From Alteromonas sp. (GTDB lineage Bacteria > Margulisbacteria > Marinamargulisbacteria > UBA6595), in the NCBI GenBank assembly GCA_964220215.1, contig CAXPTH010000019.1, positions 1 to 32,322 on the forward strand: a stretch of DNA of 32,322 bases, written 5' to 3'. This document shows positions 17,332 through 27,500 of the stretch, piece by piece; position 1 is the stretch's first letter; each line of letters begins with the position of its first letter. The notes beneath the pieces are model-generated. The model saw nothing but the letters and a program-made list of their open reading frames with translations, ran no database searches and was not told where the DNA came from. The position numbers and the translations under genes were made by a program.

Positions 17332-18785
17332 CACCATCGGGTATCTATAAAAATTACGAATTGGTGGTTGGATTGGAAATCCATGTGCAGCTGGATACGA
17401 ATTCAAAATTATTTTGTTGTGCGGCAGCTGGGGGTTCCAATCAACCCAACGACCATGTGGGGGCCGTGAGCTTGGGTCTTCCCGGGGCTTTGCCAGTCCT
17501 GAATGAACAGGCGGTTCAGTATGCCATTATGGCCGGTTTGGCATTGGGGTGTGCTATACAAGAAACATCTGTGTTTGCTCGGAAGCATTACTTTTATCCT
17601 GATTTACCCAAAGGGTATCAAATTTCTCAGTATGATCAACCCTTGTGTCTCAATGGCTATATACAATTGTCCGATGGAAAAAAAATCGGCATTACACGCA
17701 TTCATATGGAAGAAGATGCGGGTAAATTGGTTCACCAAGGAGCGAGTGGCTTAGCGGGCTCGTCTGGATCATTGGTAGATTTAAATCGGGCTGGGATTCC
17801 CTTGATTGAAATTGTATCAGAGCCCGATATCCGAACCCCGCAAGAGGCTCGGCAGTATATGGAAAAAGTCCATGAAATTGTCCGGTTTATTGGGGTGTGC
17901 GATGGGGATTTAGAAAAAGGTTCGTTTCGCTGCGATGCCAATGTATCGGTTCGCCCAGTGGGAACAACCCAATTTGGGACCCGAACGGAAACCAAAAACT
18001 TAAACTCATTTCGATCCGTTGAACAGGCAATACAGCATGAGTTTCATCGTCAAGTGGATGCCTTATTGGCTGGTGAGACCATTGTTCAACAAACGCGGCA
18101 TTACGATGATGCAACTGGGACAACAACAGCACTCAGAACCAAAGAGGAAGCGCATGATTATCGGTATTTCCCCGATCCGGATCTTAAACCGTTGGTTGTG
18201 ACAACAGCGACCGTGGATGCCATTCAACAAACACTCCCAGAGCTTCCAGATGCTGTTCGAAGCCGATATAAAACAGAGTATGCGTTGCCAGATAACGCCA
18301 TAGAGGTGCTTATTCAAGATCGAAATTTGTATCAATTATTTAACGATTGCCAAGCGTGTATTCAAACAACACCGTTGCCTGAATTGGCCAAATGGCTGGT
18401 TGGCCCGATTCAATCCCTATTAAAAACACAATCACCCAATACACAGTTTTCGCCCAGCGATATTGCTTGGCTATTGGATGAATGCGCGTCGGGTAAATTA
18501 TCAAAGACCATGGTTAAAGATGTGTTGGAGCAACTTAAACCCGGTATGACGGCTCAAGAGTTGGTGAACCAACAAGGCGGGGGGCAAATTTCAGATCAGT
18601 CCGAGCTAGTTGGCCTGGTTCAGTCAGTGATGGCTGAAAACCCCGATGTGGTTAAAAAAATTCAAGATGGGAAAGTTGCGTCGGCCAACTTTCTTATGGG
18701 ACAAGTGATGAAGTTGAGCCAAGGACGAGCCAAACCGGATACCGTTCGGGCACTAATTTTAGAGGCCTGTGGTGTTGCGGTCTAG
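17328..18785 (+). CDS. gatB: Asp/Glu-tRNA amidotransferase subunit B
   Basis: GLEIHVQL, YFYPDLPKGYQISQ, RCDANVS, DYRYFPDPDL. Confidence 0.98.
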   Translation: MTPSGIYKNYELVVGLEIHVQLDTNSKLFCCAAAGGSNQPNDHVGAVSLGLPGALPVLNEQAVQYAIMAGLALGCAIQETSVFARKHYFYPDLPKGYQISQYDQPLCLNGYIQLSDGKKIGITRIHMEEDAGKLVHQGASGLAGSSGSLVDLNRAGIPLIEIVSEPDIRTPQEARQYMEKVHEIVRFIGVCDGDLEKGSFRCDANVSVRPVGTTQFGTRTETKNLNSFRSVEQAIQHEFHRQVDALLAGETIVQQTRHYDDATGTTTALRTKEEAHDYRYFPDPDLKPLVVTTATVDAIQQTLPELPDAVRSRYKTEYALPDNAIEVLIQDRNLYQLFNDCQACIQTTPLPELAKWLVGPIQSLLKTQSPNTQFSPSDIAWLLDECASGKLSKTMVKDVLEQLKPGMTAQELVNQQGGGQISDQSELVGLVQSVMAENPDVVKKIQDGKVASANFLMGQVMKLSQGRAKPDTVRALILEACGVAV

Positions 18786-18790
18786 TCAGT

Positions 18791-21379
18791 ATGGATACAG
18801 TTTACGACCCCCAATCGTTTGAATCGGATATTTATCATCAGTGGGAATCGGGTGGATACTTTTCACCCGATTTTTTTTCGGATGATCGTCCGTGTTTTTC
18901 AATGGTCATCCCACCGCCGAATGTAACGGGAAAATTGCACATGGGGCATGCATTAAATCATACCCTTCAAGATATTTTGGCACGGTGGAAGCGGTTAACT
19001 GGGCACCGGGTGTTGTGGGTGCCGGGGACGGATCATGCAGGGATTGCCACACAGGCCGTTGTTGAAAAGCAATGCGCTAAAGAAAATACGGATCGACACC
19101 AATTGGGACGCGACGCCTTTATTCAACGAATTTGGGATTGGAAAACACTCTATGGGTCTCATATTGAGAACCAAATTCGGCGCTTGGGGGACTCGGTGGA
19201 CTGGTCGCGTCAACGCTTTACCCTGGATGATCAACTGGTTAAAGCCGTTCGGCACCATTTTGTAACCCTATACAATCAGGGCTATATTTATCGGGGGAAG
19301 TCGATTACCCATTGGTGTATTCGATGTCAATCAGCGTTATCCGATATTGAGGTGAATCATGTGGATCACTCCGGAAGTTTGTGGCATATTCGATATCCGC
19401 TCGACACCGGGACAGGTTCAATTGTTGTGGCCACCACCCGGCCGGAGACGTTGTTGGGAGACCAAGCGATTGCGGTTCACCCCAATGATGCTCGATATGC
19501 GCAGTGGATTGGCTGTTCGGTTCAGCTGCCGCTATGCAATCGAAGCATTCCTATTATTGCCGATGATGCTGTAGACCCTGAATTTGGGACCGGGGCGGTT
19601 AAAGTGACCCCCGCACACGATCATACCGACTACGAGATTGGCCAGCGGCACCACCTCGAGCCTCGGGTTATTATGGACATTAATGGCCATTTAACGGGCG
19701 ATATTCCATCGGATTATCACGGCCTTTCACGCGAGGATGCTCGGGCGACAATCATCCAAGACTTGGGGGAGTATTTGGTCCAAACAACCGATCACACTGT
19801 TCCGCAAGCTCGGTGCTATCGGTGCGATACGGTTGTCGAGCCCCGGCTGTCTAAACAATGGTTTGTGGCGATGAAAGACCTGGTTCAACCGGCTATTGCG
19901 GCCATTCAGAATGGCGAGGTTCAGTTTCAACCCAAACGCTGGGAATCGTTGTATTTAGACTGGATGAACACAATTCGGGACTGGTGTATTTCACGCCAAA
20001 TTTGGTGGGGTCATCGGATTCCGGTTTGGTATGACCCCGATGATCCCGATACGCCTATTGTGTGTGCTGAGGACCCGGATGATCCAAAACTGATTCAAGA
20101 CCCGGATGTCTTAGACACCTGGTTTAGCTCGGCCTTGTGGCCGTTTTCAACTTTAGGTTGGCCTGAAAAAACGCCTGATTTTGACCAGTTTTACCCAACA
20201 AGCGCCTTAGTGACGGGGTACGATATTATTACCTTTTGGGTATCTCGAATGATGACAATGGGGATGCATCATTGCCAGCACCCACCGTTTCATACAGTGA
20301 TCGTCCATGGCTTGGTCCGGGATATTACCGGGAAAAAAATGAGTAAATCGTTGGGTAATGTGATTGACCCCATTGACCTGATGGATACCTACGGTGCCGA
20401 TGCCCTTCGGTTTTGCTTAGCTAGCCATGCAACTTTAGGGGGGCAAGATATTCGGTTTTCAGTTGAAAAAGTAGAATCATGCCGAAATTTTGCCAATAAA
20501 CTATGGAACGCAACTCGCTATTTGTTGCGACAACCCGTGGAATCGGTATCGCTTAATCAACCCGATGTTCAAACCGAAGAAGACCGCTGGATTGTCAGCC
20601 AGTGGTATGCGACGCTTGAATCAGTCAATCACCAGTTAGCGCAATACAATATGGCCGCTGTTACTGAAACAATGTGGCAATTTACCTGGAACTATGTCTG
20701 TGATTGGTATATTGAGATGACAAAGTCTCGAGCATCAGAGGCAGCCCCGGTATTGGGCTGGGTCTTGAGTCAGATATGCATTGTTTTACACCCCTTTATA
20801 CCCTTTATTACGGAACGGCTCTGGGCAGAGCTTCAAGCGCATGGCGCACAATTGCCGGACAAAGTGATTGTTGCTCAATGGCCAACGGTGCAGCCCTCGG
20901 CTATTGCAACCGAATTAAATAGTACGATGGATTTGGTGTTGTCTATGATTCGATCAATACGATCGTTGCGCAAGCAGGTGCAGTTGAAAAATAGTGTGCT
21001 ATGCGATGTCTATATAGCGGGTGATTGTGTTGATCAACTCGCCCCCTACCACCGGTTTTTTAAACAACTCGCCGGGGTGTCCAGTGTCTGCTCGGGCAGC
21101 TGCCCGGGCCCCCATATTCCAGCGGTTGTATTGGGGTGCACGCTTGGGATTCCAATTACGGAATCCATTGATATTACGGGCCACCAGACACGGTTAGAGC
21201 AACAAACTAAACAAACCAAGCAGGCCTTGGATCAAGTTAATAAAAAATTGAGCAATACGGGTTTTTTAAATCAAGCCCCTGAGCATGTCGTTGCCGATAT
21301 TCAGACCAAACAACACCAACTTCAGTGTGATTATGATCAATTGATGATACAATTGAAAGCACTATCACACAATGTCTAA
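18791..21379 (+). CDS. valS: Valine--tRNA ligase
   Basis: PPPNVTG.LHMGH, DWCISRQIWWGH, KMSKS and C-terminal coiled-coil arm. Confidence 0.99.
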   Translation: MDTVYDPQSFESDIYHQWESGGYFSPDFFSDDRPCFSMVIPPPNVTGKLHMGHALNHTLQDILARWKRLTGHRVLWVPGTDHAGIATQAVVEKQCAKENTDRHQLGRDAFIQRIWDWKTLYGSHIENQIRRLGDSVDWSRQRFTLDDQLVKAVRHHFVTLYNQGYIYRGKSITHWCIRCQSALSDIEVNHVDHSGSLWHIRYPLDTGTGSIVVATTRPETLLGDQAIAVHPNDARYAQWIGCSVQLPLCNRSIPIIADDAVDPEFGTGAVKVTPAHDHTDYEIGQRHHLEPRVIMDINGHLTGDIPSDYHGLSREDARATIIQDLGEYLVQTTDHTVPQARCYRCDTVVEPRLSKQWFVAMKDLVQPAIAAIQNGEVQFQPKRWESLYLDWMNTIRDWCISRQIWWGHRIPVWYDPDDPDTPIVCAEDPDDPKLIQDPDVLDTWFSSALWPFSTLGWPEKTPDFDQFYPTSALVTGYDIITFWVSRMMTMGMHHCQHPPFHTVIVHGLVRDITGKKMSKSLGNVIDPIDLMDTYGADALRFCLASHATLGGQDIRFSVEKVESCRNFANKLWNATRYLLRQPVESVSLNQPDVQTEEDRWIVSQWYATLESVNHQLAQYNMAAVTETMWQFTWNYVCDWYIEMTKSRASEAAPVLGWVLSQICIVLHPFIPFITERLWAELQAHGAQLPDKVIVAQWPTVQPSAIATELNSTMDLVLSMIRSIRSLRKQVQLKNSVLCDVYIAGDCVDQLAPYHRFFKQLAGVSSVCSGSCPGPHIPAVVLGCTLGIPITESIDITGHQTRLEQQTKQTKQALDQVNKKLSNTGFLNQAPEHVVADIQTKQHQLQCDYDQLMIQLKALSHNV

Positions 21380-22583
21380 GTTTATTACTCAATTAACACA
21401 CGATCTTGCCTGGCGGTCTAAAACCCATGGGGTCCAGTATAACTTGGACGCATTTTATGGGTATCTGAATGCGTTGGGGAATCCCCATCAGGAACTATCC
21501 CGGTGCCTACACGTGGCCGGAACCCATGGCAAAGGCTCAACCGTAGCATTTTTAGTGTCTGGTTTAATGGCTATGGGGTACAGCGTTGGATCGTTTACAT
21601 CCCCCCATATCCGCAGCTACGCAGAGCGCATTCAAATTAACAACACACCGATTAAAACCGATGATTTTTGGCGAATTTATCATACCGTGCTTGATCGGTT
21701 AAACGTGAACAAGACAGACGCCGATGCTCAAAAAAAAGAACCAACAGAATTTGAGGTACTAACCTTGGTTGCGTTTCTGTACTTTCAAGAAAAACAGCCG
21801 GACTTTATCGTCTTTGAAACGGGGCTGGGTGGGCGATTGGATGCCACGAATGTGATCCGACCCGTTGCGTGCAGCATCACAAAAATTGGCTGGGATCATA
21901 TGGAAATTTTAGGAAACACATTGGTGGATATTGCCGCTGAAAAAGCGGGTATTATTAAACCGAGAACCCCGGTTGTCAGTGTTCAACAAGATTCGATTTG
22001 TGAATCGGTCTTGTCTTTGGTCGCTTCAGACAATCAAGCGCCATATCAAATTTCAGCGCCACTGGACGCGGTTGATGGGTTTCATCTTAAGGCAGATATT
22101 CAGCGTGAAAATGCCGGGTTGGCATTAGCAACCTTGAATTTAATCTTTCCCGATATTGACAAAGATCGTATGATTCAGGCCTTTAAAACCACCCAGTTTT
22201 GGGGTCGATACACCACGATTATACCTAAAAAAACACCCGAAAAAACACTTGTTGTGGACGCTGCCCATAATGTTGAAGGGATTCGAGCCCTAGTTGAACA
22301 AATAAGCCACGATTACCCGGATTTATACCCCGATCACTGCGTGTTTGTTATGGGGATTTTAAATCGAAAAGCCTACTCGGATATGATAAGCCTCATTCAG
22401 GCACCGGTTCGGCTGGTAGACTTTCAGCCCGGGGTTAGTGTTGGGCCCAATGCAACCGTGCCGCATTATGTTACCCACCATACACTTAAAGATCCCAATT
22501 TGTTATCTGGGCGATTGGTTGTGGTAACAGGGTCAATTTATTTTTTAGGCGAAATTATCCAATATCTGCCCGATTCTGATTAA
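21372..22583 (+). CDS. folC: Folylpolyglutamate synthase / dihydrofolate synthase
   Basis: HVAGTHGKGST, FTSPH, ETGLGGRLDATNV, DAAHN, TGSIY. Common valS-folC synteny. Confidence 0.95.
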   Translation: MSKFITQLTHDLAWRSKTHGVQYNLDAFYGYLNALGNPHQELSRCLHVAGTHGKGSTVAFLVSGLMAMGYSVGSFTSPHIRSYAERIQINNTPIKTDDFWRIYHTVLDRLNVNKTDADAQKKEPTEFEVLTLVAFLYFQEKQPDFIVFETGLGGRLDATNVIRPVACSITKIGWDHMEILGNTLVDIAAEKAGIIKPRTPVVSVQQDSICESVLSLVASDNQAPYQISAPLDAVDGFHLKADIQRENAGLALATLNLIFPDIDKDRMIQAFKTTQFWGRYTTIIPKKTPEKTLVVDAAHNVEGIRALVEQISHDYPDLYPDHCVFVMGILNRKAYSDMISLIQAPVRLVDFQPGVSVGPNATVPHYVTHHTLKDPNLLSGRLVVVTGSIYFLGEIIQYLPDSD

Positions 22584-22597
22584 GTATGCAAGATTTG

Positions 22598-22603
22598 TAT
22601 ACT
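22598..22603 (+). promoter_or_regulatory. Possible -10 (TATACT) for the downstream hypothetical operon
   Basis: ttgTATACT in the 42-bp folC-ORF spacer. Confidence 0.4.
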
Positions 22604-22625
22604 ATAGAACGATTATGTAGTCATA

Positions 22626-24527
22626 GTGAGTCTTGCATTTTATAAAATAAATATCAATGAAGGCAACTTCGGTCAGCGGGCGGCTCGTCAGGAAGCGGAG
22701 TTGGGAGAATTTTTTTATGAAATGATTGAACCCAAGCTTCCCGGAAGTTTAGAAGGAAACTTAGAGCTTGTTGAACAAAAAAAAGCGTTTCAACAACCAG
22801 GCACAGCGCGCAAACAGTTTTGGAAGAAACAAGTCTTGCTTCATAATATGGGGGGGCGGTTGTTTGATGAAGATGATTATTTATCCTTTTTTATACAACT
22901 CAAAAATAAAGATAAAAACCGTGTGATTCGAGATACACAAGATCCCGTCATTCGCGATTATTTAAAATCCAAGGAAACGAATGGGTTTAACAGTCAGTTT
23001 GCCACGCTGGAATCCAGGGTCAATACACAGTATCAAGCTATGTTTGTGGATTCTGGCATGGACCATGGGTATTATGGGCAACCGTATCAATACGCTGTAC
23101 GGAGCATTGAGCAGGCGTTGCGATCCGGAACAATGACGGATGCACCATTATCCCTGATTTTGGGGCTTGGGGATACCGTGTCAGAGTCTGCGGCGTCTTT
23201 ATCCCAGGATGATTTTTTATCTCATTTTCAATCGCTATCGGGCAATGTGGCATTGTCCGGTGAGCAAGCTTTGACGGTCGTTCGGTATTTAGCGGCGATT
23301 CACCATGGCTATGTCCAGTCTAGATACTCGTTTGAAGCGAATTTGTCAGAAATACGCAATTTGGATTCGTCGTACGTCGAATCTGAAAAACAGGCCATTG
23401 CGTCAGTATCTTGGGAGATGGCCACATCGCCTATAGACAATAGTATTGAGTATCAACACATTAAGCACAATGGGCATTTGTACCAATTAAGTTACAAACG
23501 CCGTATTGGAACGGTGACGGAAGCTGTCTTTCAACACAGCGGTCAGTTTGATGCGGATGCCAAGGGGGATGTATACGCCGCATTTGTGTATAGCAACAAT
23601 GGGACCTGGTACACACAGGATGAAGCCGGCCAGCGCACAGAATTTAAACCGCCAACAACAACCAATAGCTTGGTGCCGAGTATGAATAAAATTAGTTTTG
23701 ACCGCATTCATTTAACGAGCAATAGTCAACCGTACAAGTACAGTGTATTGCTGAAACAAGCAGCGGTTTGTTTGCATCGGTTGTCTCAGAGCAGTGGACA
23801 CGCGATGGCCGCAGCGTCTCCATCGATTCGGGACGCGCTATTGGCGCTTGCATCGGCTACCAATAACAGAACGATTATAAGCGCCCTTGAAGCGCTGTAC
23901 GCGGAAGTACAGCAGTTGCTCCCTGGCAATGGTGTTGCTGTATCGGATACGAACACCCCATCGGTTAAGCTGTGGGGGTGCTTGTATCCGATCCTTGCGT
24001 TGGGCCGAGTCTTTGCGCACACAAGAAGCTATATTCAGGTTGATCGCATACATAGTGCGTATCGCACACAGGTGGTGAGTCTGTTGGAACAAAAAGGTGT
24101 GATTGCGCCAATTCGGGGAAATGGGGGGCGCTGGCTTTTGCTTAAAGAACTAGTACAGAGTGATTTGCAGGGCCAGAGCGGGGATTATCGTGGGTATTTT
24201 AATGCCATTCAAGATGCGTTAAGTATTCGGGATGTGCACGATATTTTTTCGGATCAAACAGCACTGTTTGAGCACAATGGTGGCCATGTTGTTGGTTTGG
24301 CGAATGTTCAGCCTGTGTATGGCAACCCACAATTATTAGCACAATATCGCCAGGAACAAGCCAATTTGGACAAGAGTAAGACCCGTGATGCGCTGCTGAT
24401 GACGATTCAAAACCGACAAGTTTCCGCTCGCCAAGCCCGAAAAGCGGCGAATTATTCTCAGGCGTACGAATCGTGGCGATCCGATGTTGAAGCGCGGCAG
24501 TTGCAGGACCGCAGAAACAACGCATGA
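22626..24527 (+). CDS. Hypothetical protein, 633 aa, no recognised domain
   Basis: Long open frame with GTG start. The stop overlaps the next ATG (ATGA). No signal peptide or clear TM segment, and a charged helical C-terminus. Confidence 0.8.
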   Translation: MSLAFYKININEGNFGQRAARQEAELGEFFYEMIEPKLPGSLEGNLELVEQKKAFQQPGTARKQFWKKQVLLHNMGGRLFDEDDYLSFFIQLKNKDKNRVIRDTQDPVIRDYLKSKETNGFNSQFATLESRVNTQYQAMFVDSGMDHGYYGQPYQYAVRSIEQALRSGTMTDAPLSLILGLGDTVSESAASLSQDDFLSHFQSLSGNVALSGEQALTVVRYLAAIHHGYVQSRYSFEANLSEIRNLDSSYVESEKQAIASVSWEMATSPIDNSIEYQHIKHNGHLYQLSYKRRIGTVTEAVFQHSGQFDADAKGDVYAAFVYSNNGTWYTQDEAGQRTEFKPPTTTNSLVPSMNKISFDRIHLTSNSQPYKYSVLLKQAAVCLHRLSQSSGHAMAAASPSIRDALLALASATNNRTIISALEALYAEVQQLLPGNGVAVSDTNTPSVKLWGCLYPILALGRVFAHTRSYIQVDRIHSAYRTQVVSLLEQKGVIAPIRGNGGRWLLLKELVQSDLQGQSGDYRGYFNAIQDALSIRDVHDIFSDQTALFEHNGGHVVGLANVQPVYGNPQLLAQYRQEQANLDKSKTRDALLMTIQNRQVSARQARKAANYSQAYESWRSDVEARQLQDRRNNA

Positions 24528-27500
24528 CCCTTTCTATAAACAGCTTACTGCCTACGCCGGACACAGAGTCTCGCATCGCTGAATTTGCGCCCGTACACGT
24601 GCATACAGGCTCAATGCCAGTGGGCCACACACTTGAAGATACCACTCAAATACAAACAACCCCAACCGTGGTGGACGCGCGGCCATCGACCCCAACAGAC
24701 CCGGATTATTTTGAAGCAATCGTATCGGGACGCGATTTTGTATTGGATGATCCTGTTTTAATACACTGGCTAAACACTACGAAGATCCGACAAACAGCTA
24801 CCGTGGTGTACGGCCTAAACCCGCAGGGAGAACGGGTGGATGGGCTTGGGTTAACCTTGGATACTGGCCAAACGGTCTTGATACACCGGAAAGACTTGGG
24901 CCATGTTCATAGTGGCCAATTGGCTGCGGATAGTGCAACAACTCCCTTGTTTGAGCGAAAAGCCACGGGCACGGTAACACAAACCCCGGAGAGCCGCGTG
25001 AATGCTGAATTGGCGCCACGGGCTGGCGTTTCGTATCTGCCGGATGTGATTGACCCGGATGCGGCGGCTGTTGTGGCCATTGTGGCGGATTTGCGCAGTC
25101 AAGGCCGTTTGCGAAGAGGGATGACAAAAGAAGACGTCTTTGCGGTGGTCCAAGCGGAAATGGCTCGCCGATATCAGTATCAATCGGATGGGGATCGGGA
25201 TGCGTGGCAGTCGGCTCACGATACCCTTCAGCGTGGCCAGGGGGATTGTGAAGATTGGAGTATTGCAATGGCGTCTGTGCTAGCCAGAGCCCTGGTTGTT
25301 ACGGGCCATTCGCCCGATGGCGTTCGGTTGCACATAATCGAAGATGGGGATCAGGCACACATGATTGTTGAGCATGGTGGACGGGTTTGGGATACCAAGC
25401 AGCCAGACCGCATACGGGACTACTCGGATAAACCCATTGTAACAATTAGCCAAAATAAGATTTCAGTTAAAGACGAATCGTCTGTTGACTGGTTGCTGGC
25501 TGTGCGCACAGCGTCTGGGACGGCTCGTTCAGAACGTGGCGAAGGCCAATCTGGAGGGCCCTTGATCTTTCAAGGTTTGGCGAGCGACACATCACTGGAT
25601 ATCCATCGCATGATGCATGGCAATGATTCTGAGCTTAAGGAGATCGGCGGTGCGTTAGCTAAGGGGGAAATTACAAAAGAACAGTTAGAAGCCTTTTTAG
25701 CTATTCAGCGCGAATTTGATGCGATGCGTGCGTTTTTTGTTATCTTGATGCATGTTGTGCAACAACGGGGCAAGTGGATTCGATTAATTCTAGCGATCAT
25801 TGAAGGGGTGGAGGAAAGCAAAGATCCTAGCGATCATAAATATTCATTTGAAGGGATTAATTTTAATCAATTGACCCAATCTATACTGGCTGTTTTTGTG
25901 GCTGATATTGAATCGGAGTTGGCCACTAAGCGAAAAGAGATTGCCGATAAATACACCGGCATGGGGTATTCTTTTTTGGATTCAATCTTGGGCGAAACAT
26001 ATACAATTGATCAACAAAAAGAAGAAAATGAGGCGGTTAAAGATGCGTATAAAAAAATTGAGGAACTTATGGTATTGCTTGCTAAGGAGTTTCTCCGGGA
26101 GCAAGATGAGTTAGAGAAACTGTCGGCATCGATGCACCAACGGGTTCACCAGACTTCCGATTTAAAAAACGAAACCCTGGTTTATTTTGGGAATGGCCAA
26201 TCCATGACATTGGCCGATTGGTTAAATTCAGAAGACGGATCGGATTCGTTGGCGGCTATGGGGACACAATTTGCGACAGCGGATGCAGACAACCGCCCAT
26301 TTTTTGATATTGTTGAGGAATCCCTTCAAGCCATGATTATGAAAGGGCGAAAGCTGCAAGCGAATATTCAATTAACGGCAGCGGCATTGGGGTTTCGGGC
26401 GAATTTACAGTATGCGGTACAAAAAATAAGCTTGGGTTACGGCGACTTTGATACTGGGACACAAGCGAAAGTCTTGGGATGGCGAACCAGTCGATACGAA
26501 TTGTTTGAAAGCCAGTTTGTGGACCAGCTCCTTAAAATGAAAAATTTATTTAATGAGTCCGTTAATTTGACCCTTGATATTCAAAAAAAGGAAGCGATTC
26601 GATTCCTTAAAATAGCCCAAGGTTTCTTTAATGTGGTGGTGGTTCCGGCAATCGTGCTTTTTGTACCACCCGGTTTGGGTGCCTTGGCGACGGTTCTTGG
26701 AAATATGATATTTACAACGGCGGTGTTTGCAATGGAGACCCATCTTGAAACCCAATATAATAAAGATATCGCGTTGCGTGCAATGGATGATTCGCAGTTA
26801 ACGGCGGTGTTGGCAGCGCAAGGAATCCCCACCCAAAAGCCCAACGGACACAATCCGCAGGATCGGTCCATATTTTCGGCTTATTCAGCCTATGTGCGGG
26901 TTCGGTTTGAGCAGGGAAAGGTTTTGAAGACCAGTTTGTCTGGTCAAGATCGATGGCAAGACAACAGGGAGGGGGCGTTTAAAAAGTTGGACGCTTTGTT
27001 TGATGTTAATATGGGCGAGCAGTTGCTGGACCTTAATAAAAAAATGGCCATGATGCGGCAATCTTGGGTTCAGCGGTCGCTGCTCATGGCGACGGTTTTG
27101 CAGTTTTCAATCGGGTTTTCTGTTCATGATAAATATGCCAATGAGTTTCGGGGTGTTTCGGAAAAAATGGCCGGCATCGTTCAATCGCTTAAATCGGCTA
27201 TTCAGCGGGAATGGCAAGATCAAGAGCAGCTGCAACGTATTCAATTTGAGCGCGAGAAAAAAAAACGAGAATTGGCTATTGGATACTTTCTGGATATGGC
27301 CAAACACGTGCTGGGCTTGGGCTTGGTTCGGGTTAAGGCCTTACAAAAACAAATATTTTTCAAGCTGACCCCCTGGCATATTATCTACAATTCAATATTA
27401 GGCCCTATTGCCAATGCGATCAAAACATTAACAAAAGACTCCCGCTGGCTATATGCTCGAGACTTTATGAATGCGTCAACGCCAAGTTTATCGGATGCCC

